Positions 49,658 through 57,519 of a stretch of DNA of 64,000 nucleotides are shown here, piece by piece. Numbering within the stretch: position 1 is the first letter of the stretch; every line of letters starts with the position of its first letter. This stretch comes from a bacterium (GTDB lineage Bacteria > DRYD01). The position numbers were made by a program, and so were the translations under genes. Where the stretch lies: positions 52,962-116,961 of the forward strand of contig JBCNVB010000003.1 in assembly GCA_039630415.1 (NCBI GenBank), in the 5' to 3' direction. The notes under the pieces were generated by a model. It was given only the letters and a program-made list of their open reading frames with translations. It searched no databases and was not told where the DNA came from.

Positions 49658-50776
49658 ATGATAAATCAAGCACTAAACCTAGATTTACCTAAAAAGAAAT
49701 GGTTGGTTATACATTATGGTGCTTCTGATAATGACTTAGCTAAATTTGTTTACTCGGATGTTGATGAGATGGAAAAAATTGGTTCTAATGATAGTATGCA
49801 TATAGTTTCTGTGTTAGATTTGGGACATCACAAAGGGCAAAATTTGTATGAAGGGACTAATGTTTTTTACATAACAAAAGACTCTCAGGAAGGTAAAATT
49901 AATTCTCAGATAGTAAAGAGTTTAGGTCAAGTTAATACTGCTGATCCACAGTTTATGTCTTCGATTTTAAGTGAGATAATTGATAAGTTTCCGGCTGATA
50001 ATATAGCTTTAATTATAAGCAGTCATGGAATGGGTTGGAAGGGTGTAGTTGTAGATCATGGTCAAAAAGACTACATGACAATCAATGAGTTACGGGAAGC
50101 TCTTGAAAAAGTAGTAAAGGAAAAGGGAAGAAAATTAAACATAATAGCGTTTGATGCTTGTTTAATGGCTATGGCCGAAGTAGGTTATGAACTAAGAAGC
50201 GTAACTAAGTATATGGTTGCTAGTCAGAAAATCCATGGGTTAGGTGGATATGATTATACTACTTTACTTAAAGGTGTTCGAGGTAAACCTAAACAAGTAG
50301 CTATTGCTTTTGTTAATGCTGCTAAAAAATATTACGAAAATATTAATAGTTTGTCGGCTGTCGATTTAAGTAAAGCTTCAAAATTAGCTAAAGTATTGGA
50401 TTCTTTTGCTTCTACTTTACTAAAATTCAGCGATAACGATATAACAAAAGTGAAGGACAAATTAGTTAAAGTTCAAAAGTTTGACTTTGATTTCAAAGAC
50501 CTTAAACATTTTATGGAATTGATAGTTGAAGATAAAGAAATCAACTTTGAGATTAGACAGAAAGCTCAGGAGGTTATACAGGTTTTGGATGAATACGTTG
50601 TTAAAGAGTTTCACATTCCACAATATCCAAATGCAAATGGTGTAAATATTGAATTCGATCTAAGAGAAAATCAGCAGAAGTTGAAAGAATATAAACAAAC
50701 ACTTTTTGCCAAAGATACTAAATGGGATGAGATGATCTTATGTTTTGATGCATGCAGGGAACGTGTTTATAATTGA
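49658..50776 (+). CDS. clostripain-family (C11) cysteine peptidase, tandem paralog
   Basis: KKKWLVIHYG.SDNDL, SHG.GW, FDACLMAMAEVGYEL shared with the upstream gene. Confidence 0.88.
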   Translation: MINQALNLDLPKKKWLVIHYGASDNDLAKFVYSDVDEMEKIGSNDSMHIVSVLDLGHHKGQNLYEGTNVFYITKDSQEGKINSQIVKSLGQVNTADPQFMSSILSEIIDKFPADNIALIISSHGMGWKGVVVDHGQKDYMTINELREALEKVVKEKGRKLNIIAFDACLMAMAEVGYELRSVTKYMVASQKIHGLGGYDYTTLLKGVRGKPKQVAIAFVNAAKKYYENINSLSAVDLSKASKLAKVLDSFASTLLKFSDNDITKVKDKLVKVQKFDFDFKDLKHFMELIVEDKEINFEIRQKAQEVIQVLDEYVVKEFHIPQYPNANGVNIEFDLRENQQKLKEYKQTLFAKDTKWDEMILCFDACRERVYN

Positions 50777-50804
50777 AGAACTAAATCATAAGTCGGGGGA
50801 AAGT

Positions 50805-51761
50805 ATGAGAGTAAGCATAGTCGGAGTAAATGGATTAGTAGGAGCTGAATTACGAAAAATTATAAAAGAAAATACAGACTGGCAAATTCACGAAATAACT
50901 TCAAAAGACAGTATAGATTACTCTGATTTAGAAGCCAGTGAAATAGTTTTTCTATGTGTGGATTCTGAAATAAGTGCTCAAATAGCTCCCAAAATATACG
51001 ATAAAACCACAGTTATAGATAATAGCTCGTATTTTAGATTATTTGACGATGTACCATTAGTAGTTCCAGAAATCAACATGGTAACAAATTGGAAAGATAG
51101 GAAATCCAAAAAAATAATAGCAAATCCAAATTGTTCAACTATACAGCTGGTGATACCTTTAAAACCAATACTTGACCAGTATGGGATAGAAGAAGTATTT
51201 GTATGTACTTATCAATCTGTGTCAGGAGCTGGGAAAAAAGCTCTCGAAGAATTCAAAGATCAAATAAAAAATAATCATAACTATCACAAATACTTACCAT
51301 ATCCTATGGCTTACAATCTATTCCCAGTAATTGGGGATTTCGATGAAACTAACGTGGAAAATATAGTATGTACTGAGGAAAAGAAGATTATTTTTGAAAC
51401 GAGAAAAATTTTGGAAGCAAAGTTTGATATATATCCATACACTGTTAGAGTACCTGTTTTAAGGTCTCATAGTCAAGCGGTTTTTGTAAGAACGATAGAA
51501 GATTTTAAATACGAAGAAATGATTAACTTGTTTTATGAATATTCTATGAATGGAAGTTTGAAGGTATGGATAGATCATGGTGTTGTTCCACAACCATACA
51601 CAGTTTCCAATACAAAAGAGGTTCATATAGGTAGGATAAGGAAGATTGGTAAGAGATTGCTAGGATTCTGGTCAGTTTCAGATAATCTTCTTAGGGGAGC
51701 TGCATATAATGCCTTCCTTATCGCAAAAAATATAATCAAGTACACCTTAATACCTAGTTAG
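50805..51761 (+). CDS. asd: aspartate-semialdehyde dehydrogenase
   Basis: Start moved to ATG 50805 behind GGGGGA; VIDNSS.FR, PLVVPEIN, ANPNCST, TYQSVSGAG, DNL.RGAA.N. Confidence 0.94.
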   Translation: MRVSIVGVNGLVGAELRKIIKENTDWQIHEITSKDSIDYSDLEASEIVFLCVDSEISAQIAPKIYDKTTVIDNSSYFRLFDDVPLVVPEINMVTNWKDRKSKKIIANPNCSTIQLVIPLKPILDQYGIEEVFVCTYQSVSGAGKKALEEFKDQIKNNHNYHKYLPYPMAYNLFPVIGDFDETNVENIVCTEEKKIIFETRKILEAKFDIYPYTVRVPVLRSHSQAVFVRTIEDFKYEEMINLFYEYSMNGSLKVWIDHGVVPQPYTVSNTKEVHIGRIRKIGKRLLGFWSVSDNLLRGAAYNAFLIAKNIIKYTLIPS

Positions 51762-51777
51762 TCCCAATTTATTAAAA

Positions 51778-52938
51778 ATGAAGAAAGTTTGTATTTTGGG
51801 GTCTACTGGATCAATAGGGATTCAAACCATAGAAGTTATTTCCAAATACCCAGATCACTTTAAAGTACATTCCATAGCTGCTTATGGAAGAAATCCTGAA
51901 AGTATAATACAACAGATCACCAAGTACAAACCCAAATACGTTGCAGTGTTTGATAGTGTTACCGCACAAAAAATATCTTCTCAGTTAGGAATAAAAGTTC
52001 TTACTGGAATGGAAGGTTTAATAGAACTGGTATCTGACGAGGAAATAGATGTTGTTGTAAGTGGAATGATAGGGTTTGTGGGTTTAAAACCAACTTTAAA
52101 GGCTTTGGAAAACGGAAAATTTGTGGCTTTGGCTAACAAGGAATCAATAGTGGTTGGTGGACCACTGATTAAACAGTATCTATCCCAAATAGTGCCTGTT
52201 GACAGCGAACATAGTGCCCTTTTCCAACTACTTCAAAACAAAAATAAAGAAGAAGTGAAAGAAATAATACTTACTGCTTCTGGAGGACCATTTTGGAAAA
52301 TGGACATATCTGATCTTAGGAATGTTAAAATAGAAGATGCTATTAAACATCCTGTATGGAAGATGGGGCATAAGATAACGGTAGATAGTGCAACTTTGAT
52401 GAATAAAGCTCTAGAGATTATAGAAGCTCACTTTTTATTCGGCTTTGAACCTGAAAAAATAAAAGCTATCATTCATCCACAAAGTTATATACACTCTTTG
52501 GTAGTTTTTGTAGATAACAATGTTTTTGCACATGTTGCTAAACCGGATATGAAGATACCTATTCATTATGCTTTATTTTATCCACAAAGAGTAGAAAATG
52601 ATTTTTCGAGTTTTTCTGTAACGGGTTTGTATGAAAAGAAATTGGAATTTTATGAAATTCCTGGTCATTTTAAGTCAATAAGATTCGCTTATTCTGTCTT
52701 ATCAAAGGGAGGAGTTTTTCCGACCATTCTGAATGCTTCTAATGAGGTAGCTGTTGATCTTTTTAGCAAAGGAGTTGTAGGATTCTTAGATATTTTTAGG
52801 ATTGTAGAGGATACGCTTAGCAGTTATAGTGGACCAAACTATTTGAGTTTGAGTGTTTCTGTGTTAGAAGAGGTGGATTCATGGGCTAGACAAACTGCTT
52901 CTAAATTAGCAACAAAATCTAAAATCTACAGAATATGA
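51778..52938 (+). CDS. dxr: 1-deoxy-D-xylulose 5-phosphate reductoisomerase
   Basis: LGSTGSIG, LANKES, PVDSEH, TASGGPF, HP.W.MG.KITVDSA, NASNEVAV. Confidence 0.96.
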   Translation: MKKVCILGSTGSIGIQTIEVISKYPDHFKVHSIAAYGRNPESIIQQITKYKPKYVAVFDSVTAQKISSQLGIKVLTGMEGLIELVSDEEIDVVVSGMIGFVGLKPTLKALENGKFVALANKESIVVGGPLIKQYLSQIVPVDSEHSALFQLLQNKNKEEVKEIILTASGGPFWKMDISDLRNVKIEDAIKHPVWKMGHKITVDSATLMNKALEIIEAHFLFGFEPEKIKAIIHPQSYIHSLVVFVDNNVFAHVAKPDMKIPIHYALFYPQRVENDFSSFSVTGLYEKKLEFYEIPGHFKSIRFAYSVLSKGGVFPTILNASNEVAVDLFSKGVVGFLDIFRIVEDTLSSYSGPNYLSLSVSVLEEVDSWARQTASKLATKSKIYRI

Positions 52939-53393
52939 CGAAAATATATGCGACGAATAAGAAGATAAGAGAGTACAATGTAATAGAATCATTAGAGGCT
53001 GGTATATCTTTGTTGGGACCTGAAGTTAAAGCAATAAGAAATGGGAATATTGTTATAAATGAAGGTTTTGTGAGGATAAAAGATGGTGAAGCTTTTTTAG
53101 TTAATGTAAACATTTCCCCTGTTTCTCCTACTTCTTTTTTTGAAAAGTTTAATCCTCTCAGGGTTAGAAAACTTCTCCTAAGAAAAAATCAAATAAAAAG
53201 GCTTGTTGGTAAAATAAAAGAAAAAGGGGTAACTATTATACCTTCCAAAGTCTATACCAAAGGAAGATGGATAAAGGTTGAAATAGCCTTGGTTAGACAT
53301 AAAACAGTTCATGATAAAAGACAAAAGATTATTCAAAGGGAAGCACAGAGAAGAATCAAAGAGTTACTCAAGCATTCCAGAAAAGTCAGATAA
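52935..53393 (+). CDS. smpB: SsrA-binding protein
   Basis: N.K...Y.....EAGI.L.G.EVK.IR, RKLLL.K.QI, HDKR. Confidence 0.94.
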   Translation: MTKIYATNKKIREYNVIESLEAGISLLGPEVKAIRNGNIVINEGFVRIKDGEAFLVNVNISPVSPTSFFEKFNPLRVRKLLLRKNQIKRLVGKIKEKGVTIIPSKVYTKGRWIKVEIALVRHKTVHDKRQKIIQREAQRRIKELLKHSRKVR

Positions 53394-53446
53394 AAACACT
53401 ATGAGAACAAAAAAGGATTTATTAACAAAATGTAGAAAATATAAGT

Positions 53447-54082
53447 ATGATGGGTAAAAATATAAAGATAATAAAATCCATATTTCCTGGCAGCGAGGAC
53501 TTTTATGCACGTTTGCATGAGTGTTCTCTAATTCTAGTTGAATTATGTAAAGAAATAGCTAACTTATTTGATGATCCAACTGAAGAAAAATACGAAAAAA
53601 TAGTGGAGTTAGAAAACAAAGCTGATAAAATACTAGTAGAGTATAGGAAAAGACTGAACGAAGTGTTCATAACTCCTCTAGATAGAGAAGATCTACATAG
53701 GATAATAGTGTATTTAGATGAAGTCATAGATTATGCTAAATCAGCAGCAGAAAAAAAATATTTATACAAACCTAAGCAAAAAGTAGAATTTTTCTATCAA
53801 ATGATAGACATTATGATACAAATTTCTGAAAAAATTATGAAAATAATTGAAATGATGAAAAATCCATCAAATCACATGCATGATGTTGTAAATCAAATCT
53901 ACCAGTTAGAAAAACAAGCAGACTCTATAAATAGAAGGGGGATAATTTGGCTTTTTGAAAACAGTCTGGATCCAACAGAATTGATTAAGAACAAGGACAT
54001 ACTTTTCCAGCTAGAGGAAACTATTGATAGAATGCAGAGATTAGCTGTAACTGTAGAAAATAGCGTCTTTAAGAACCTATAA
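53447..54082 (+). CDS. DUF47 (PhoU-like) phosphate transport accessory protein
   Basis: LE..AD......L...FITPLDRED; adjacent to a Pit transporter. Confidence 0.88.
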   Translation: MMGKNIKIIKSIFPGSEDFYARLHECSLILVELCKEIANLFDDPTEEKYEKIVELENKADKILVEYRKRLNEVFITPLDREDLHRIIVYLDEVIDYAKSAAEKKYLYKPKQKVEFFYQMIDIMIQISEKIMKIIEMMKNPSNHMHDVVNQIYQLEKQADSINRRGIIWLFENSLDPTELIKNKDILFQLEETIDRMQRLAVTVENSVFKNL

Positions 54083-54101
54083 ACACATTGTTGATAAACG
54101 T

Positions 54102-55106
54102 ATGGAAAGTTTGTTTGTTATTTTGGTTCTAGTTGTAATAGCGGCATGGTTATTTGATTTTGCGAATGGTTTAAATGATGCTGCGAATGCTATAGCTACC
54201 GTGGTTTCAACTAGAGTATTAACCCCTATTGCAGCGGTAGTAATGGCTGCTATTTTTAACTTTATAGGAGCACTAATCTCTGTGGAAGTTGCCACTACAA
54301 TAGGTAAAGGATTAGTTGACCCAAAGTTTATTGATATATATGCTATTTTTGCTGCTGCTTTGTCTGCATTTCTTTGGACTTTATTAACTTCTTTGCTTGG
54401 ATTGCCTATTAGTTGCAGTCATGCACTGATTGGCGGAATAATTGGTGCAGCTATTTCACACGCCTCCTTTGACGTTATAAACTATAAAAATCTTTTTAAC
54501 AAGGTATTTATTCCATCGATAGTTGCCCCTTTTGTAGGTATTTTTGCTGCATTGATATTTTCTCTGTTATCCTATTTTGCTGCTTCCTTTTTGAAACTTA
54601 TGAATGCAAATAAAGCGTTTAGAATATTACAACTTTTTTCTGCTTCTTTTATGGCTCTTAGTCACGGTGCTAATGACGCTCAAAAAACTATGGGTATTAT
54701 AGCTATGGCATTGGTCGTAGCCGGTGTTACTAACACTTTTCAAATTCCTCTATGGGTAAAATTGTCAGCTGCTTTCTTTATGTTTCTCGGAACTTTAGTA
54801 GGTGGTTGGAGAGTTATAAAAACCATGGGAATGAAATTGACCAAGCTAAGACCGATAGATGGTTTTTCTGCTGAAACTTCTGCAGCTACTACCATAATTG
54901 TCGCCTCGCAATTGGGTATGCCTATAAGCACTACTTATGTTATAGCGGCTTCTATTATGGGGGTTGGATTAACTAAGAAAATTACTGCTGTTAAGTGGAG
55001 CCTCTTTTTCACCATCTTAACCACTTGGTTACTTACTGTACCTATGTCAGCTTTGATTGCTTTTGTTATATACAAATCCATAAAATATCTGTCTCTTCTT
55101 TTCTAG
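54102..55106 (+). CDS. inorganic phosphate transporter (PiT family)
   Basis: NG.ND.ANAIAT.VSTR, GLPIS.SH, SHG.ND.QK.MG, G.P.STT. Confidence 0.94.
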   Translation: MESLFVILVLVVIAAWLFDFANGLNDAANAIATVVSTRVLTPIAAVVMAAIFNFIGALISVEVATTIGKGLVDPKFIDIYAIFAAALSAFLWTLLTSLLGLPISCSHALIGGIIGAAISHASFDVINYKNLFNKVFIPSIVAPFVGIFAALIFSLLSYFAASFLKLMNANKAFRILQLFSASFMALSHGANDAQKTMGIIAMALVVAGVTNTFQIPLWVKLSAAFFMFLGTLVGGWRVIKTMGMKLTKLRPIDGFSAETSAATTIIVASQLGMPISTTYVIAASIMGVGLTKKITAVKWSLFFTILTTWLLTVPMSALIAFVIYKSIKYLSLLF

Positions 55107-55184
55107 AATTTTTTCCTGAAATTTCTGCTTAAGTTTTTGCTTTTAAATCCAAGGCAACTTTCAAAGCTTTATATTATCGTCAAA

Positions 55185-55225
55185 TTTACAAAAATTTTAC
55201 AACTAATTTCTTACGAAAATTAACA
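55185..55225 (+). promoter_or_regulatory. candidate OmpR/PhoP-type direct-repeat array (TTTACA-N5-TTTACA ... CTTACG-N4-TTAACA)
   Basis: Repeated hexamers upstream of the 55270 gene. Confidence 0.4.
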
Positions 55226-55269
55226 TATAGAAATACACATAGTGTAAAATCCTAAGGAGGTGGACAAAG

Positions 55270-55728
55270 ATGGTAAGAGAAGTAAAATACGGAAGTTATC
55301 TTGGATTTGAAGGAATAAAGGTTAAGGGGCCAAAAGGGGAAAAACTCGTAGAGATATCTGGTGACAAAGTAGAAGTAACACCTTCAGATTCTTTTGGGGA
55401 AGGAGTACTAAAGGGTATAGGTAGGTCAATATTTGGATCTTTTTATCCATTTCTTACTGGAATTGGTAAGTCTATAGAAAGCTATAGTGATGCATATGAG
55501 GCAGCTAAGGAAGTAGGTTTAGGAGAGTGGGGTAGTGCTAAGGCTGGTTTGAAAGCTGCTTTTCTCGGAGGAATAAAAGGATTTGCTCATGGATTTATTG
55601 ACTCTGTAGCAATAGGTGGTATAACGGTTTTGGGAGGTTTAGTAGGAGGACCTTTGGGAGCTATAGCTGGAGCTACTTTGGGAGCAGGAATATACAATGT
55701 TGTAAAAGATGCAATAAGACATGGATAA
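55270..55728 (+). CDS. Gly-rich hydrophobic (glycine-zipper) hypothetical protein
   Basis: Perfect RBS TAAGGAGGTG; C-terminal GxxxG series (GGLVGGPLGAIAGATLGAG). Confidence 0.8.
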   Translation: MVREVKYGSYLGFEGIKVKGPKGEKLVEISGDKVEVTPSDSFGEGVLKGIGRSIFGSFYPFLTGIGKSIESYSDAYEAAKEVGLGEWGSAKAGLKAAFLGGIKGFAHGFIDSVAIGGITVLGGLVGGPLGAIAGATLGAGIYNVVKDAIRHG

Positions 55729-55739
55729 TAAGTAGTGGG

Positions 55740-55781
55740 ATAGTTTAGGTTGAATAGTTTAGGTTGAATAGTTTAGGTTGA
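55740..55781 (+). repeat. 14-bp perfect tandem repeat ATAGTTTAGGTTGA x3
   Basis: Read directly from the sequence. Confidence 0.92.
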
Positions 55782-55836
55782 GGGGGTTTATTTCTGACTT
55801 TGTCTGAGTTTTGCGGTTCAAGTCCGCACACCCCTA
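55781..55836 (+). pseudogene. tRNA-Pro-derived element lacking the anticodon arm
   Basis: TGCGG-TTCAAGT-CCGCA-CACCCCT-A versus tRNA-Pro CGCGG-TTCAAGT-CCGCG-CACCCCG-A; 5' GGGGG and a D-arm remnant. Confidence 0.7.
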
Positions 55837-55919
55837 ACCTTACACCTAAGCCTTATAGTTTCATAGGTTTGTTGATAGTACTAGGATATGTTTAATAACA
55901 AACGATTGTGAATGTCGGT

Positions 55920-56031
55920 AAAGATGGTAAGAGAGGTAAGAGGACAATGTTGTTTTTTCATTTGCTGAAGGGGTATTAAAAGGAGCTGGAGTGTCAACAC
56001 TTTTTTTTATTATGATAATGGATTTATTGAT
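55920..56031 (+). pseudogene. decayed paralog of the 55270 Gly-rich gene
   Basis: Three colinear blocks: MVREV start (19/20 nt identical), SFAEGVLKGAG versus SFGEGVLKGIG, ATGGATTTATTGA identical. Confidence 0.72.
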
Positions 56032-56104
56032 ATGTTTATTAGATAGTGGAGGTTTTGGATAAGGGGTTGTAGAATAGAATAGGGAAGAGGAGGGTAATTG
56101 GGTG

Positions 56105-56179
56105 CGGGGTGTAGCTCAGACTGGTTAGAGCGCGTGCCTTGGGAGCACGAGGTCCGCGGTTCAAGTCCGCGCACCCCGA
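56105..56179 (+). tRNA. tRNA-Pro (TGG), CCA not encoded
   Basis: Acceptor CGGGGTG/CACCCCG, anticodon arm CGTGC-CTTGGGA-GCACG. Confidence 0.97.
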
Positions 56180-56188
56180 CACTACAAC

Positions 56189-56752
56189 ATGATCATCAAA
56201 ACTAAATTTATCTCCTCTTCTTTTGATAATAATACATACCCTAAAGGAATAGCTTGTGTAGAATGCACCATAAAAACTAACGATGCCGAAATATCTTTCC
56301 TCTTTGTCCGACAAGCAGATGACAACACGATCGAATCATTCGTCCAAAACGATAATCTATGTCAAAAAGAAGCTATACACAAAACCATCAAAATACTTAA
56401 GTCTATAGAAAACTATCATTTTGACAACTACGAATTAACCCAAATAGAAGAATATAAAGATGATTCGCATAAGAAAATTTCATATAAACAAAAGGTTATT
56501 GAATTACTAAATTTACTCAATTGGAATATCGATAAACTATCAAAACTTGTGCAGAAGAACCTTAAAAAGAAATTAAGTGAATTAAATGAAAATGAATGGA
56601 TCAAAATCTATGAATACCTTAAAAGTAAATTAATCGTTGAAAATAACCAAAGAGATAGTTATTCTCACAAAAATGTAAATTTAGAAACAGCAAAACCTAA
56701 ACCTATTGAAGAAGAAATAATAAAACCTGAAGAATGGGAAGAAATATTGTGA
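56189..56752 (+). CDS. hypothetical protein
   Basis: 187 aa ORF with typical composition, 1 nt from the next gene. Confidence 0.6.
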   Translation: MIIKTKFISSSFDNNTYPKGIACVECTIKTNDAEISFLFVRQADDNTIESFVQNDNLCQKEAIHKTIKILKSIENYHFDNYELTQIEEYKDDSHKKISYKQKVIELLNLLNWNIDKLSKLVQKNLKKKLSELNENEWIKIYEYLKSKLIVENNQRDSYSHKNVNLETAKPKPIEEEIIKPEEWEEIL

Positions 56753-56753
56753 A

Positions 56754-57485
56754 ATGCTCGAAGTAAAAGATATATATAAAACATACAGGAAAGGTAAACA
56801 AATTATAAAGGCACTTAACGGATTAACTTTTACGATTAATAAAAATGAATCATTCGCTCTAATTGGACCTAATGGTGCAGGGAAAACTACAACTATAAAA
56901 TCAATCCTTAATCTTATAAATGTTGATAGTGGACAAATAACTATTAATGGTTTGGATGTTAAATTTTATAAAAATAGAAAACTCATAGGATATGCCCCTG
57001 AAATACCTTACTACCCCCTACACATACCCGCTATTAAACTCTTGAAAATATACATAGATTTATATGACATGAAAATTGATGATCAAAAGATAGACTATTA
57101 TTTTGAAATGGTAAAGTTGAAGGATTTTAAAAATTATCCACTTTCTAACTATTCTAAAGGAATGCTTCAAAGGTTTAGTATATTACAAGCGATTATCGTT
57201 GAACCAGAATTGTTGATACTCGATGAATTGACAAGCGGGCTTGACCCAATAGGACAGTACGAAATAATACAAATCGTAAAAAATCTCAAAAACAAAAAAA
57301 CTATACTATTTACTTCTCATAATTTAGCAGAAGTTGAACAAATATGTGATAAAGTTATGATTATAAACAGAGGTAGAAGCATATTTTATGGAACAATAGA
57401 AGAATTGAAAAATCGATACCAAGCTGATCTTTATAAAATATTTTTTGATTTAATAATGGAAGATAATCAACACCGCCAGGTATAG
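56754..57485 (+). CDS. ABC transporter ATP-binding protein
   Basis: GPNGAGKTT, YSKGM.QR, LILDE.TSGLDP, SH. Confidence 0.92.
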   Translation: MLEVKDIYKTYRKGKQIIKALNGLTFTINKNESFALIGPNGAGKTTTIKSILNLINVDSGQITINGLDVKFYKNRKLIGYAPEIPYYPLHIPAIKLLKIYIDLYDMKIDDQKIDYYFEMVKLKDFKNYPLSNYSKGMLQRFSILQAIIVEPELLILDELTSGLDPIGQYEIIQIVKNLKNKKTILFTSHNLAEVEQICDKVMIINRGRSIFYGTIEELKNRYQADLYKIFFDLIMEDNQHRQV

Positions 57486-57519
57486 GGCGGAATATAAATA
57501 CTATGACCCAACTAAGATT

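Noticed and set aside
55740-55781. Possible CRISPR array
   Set aside because: The 14-bp units are contiguous with no spacers, and there are no cas genes in the window.
55781-55836. tmRNA, given smpB nearby and a GGGGG...T-arm layout
   Set aside because: Only 56 nt, with no tag reading frame and no G3-U70 alanine identity pair; the sequence matches the adjacent tRNA-Pro.
55812-56179. attL/attR of an integrated element at tRNA-Pro
   Set aside because: The partial copy lies upstream of the tRNA, includes 5' and D-arm remnants, and no integrase is present. Tandem duplication explains it better.
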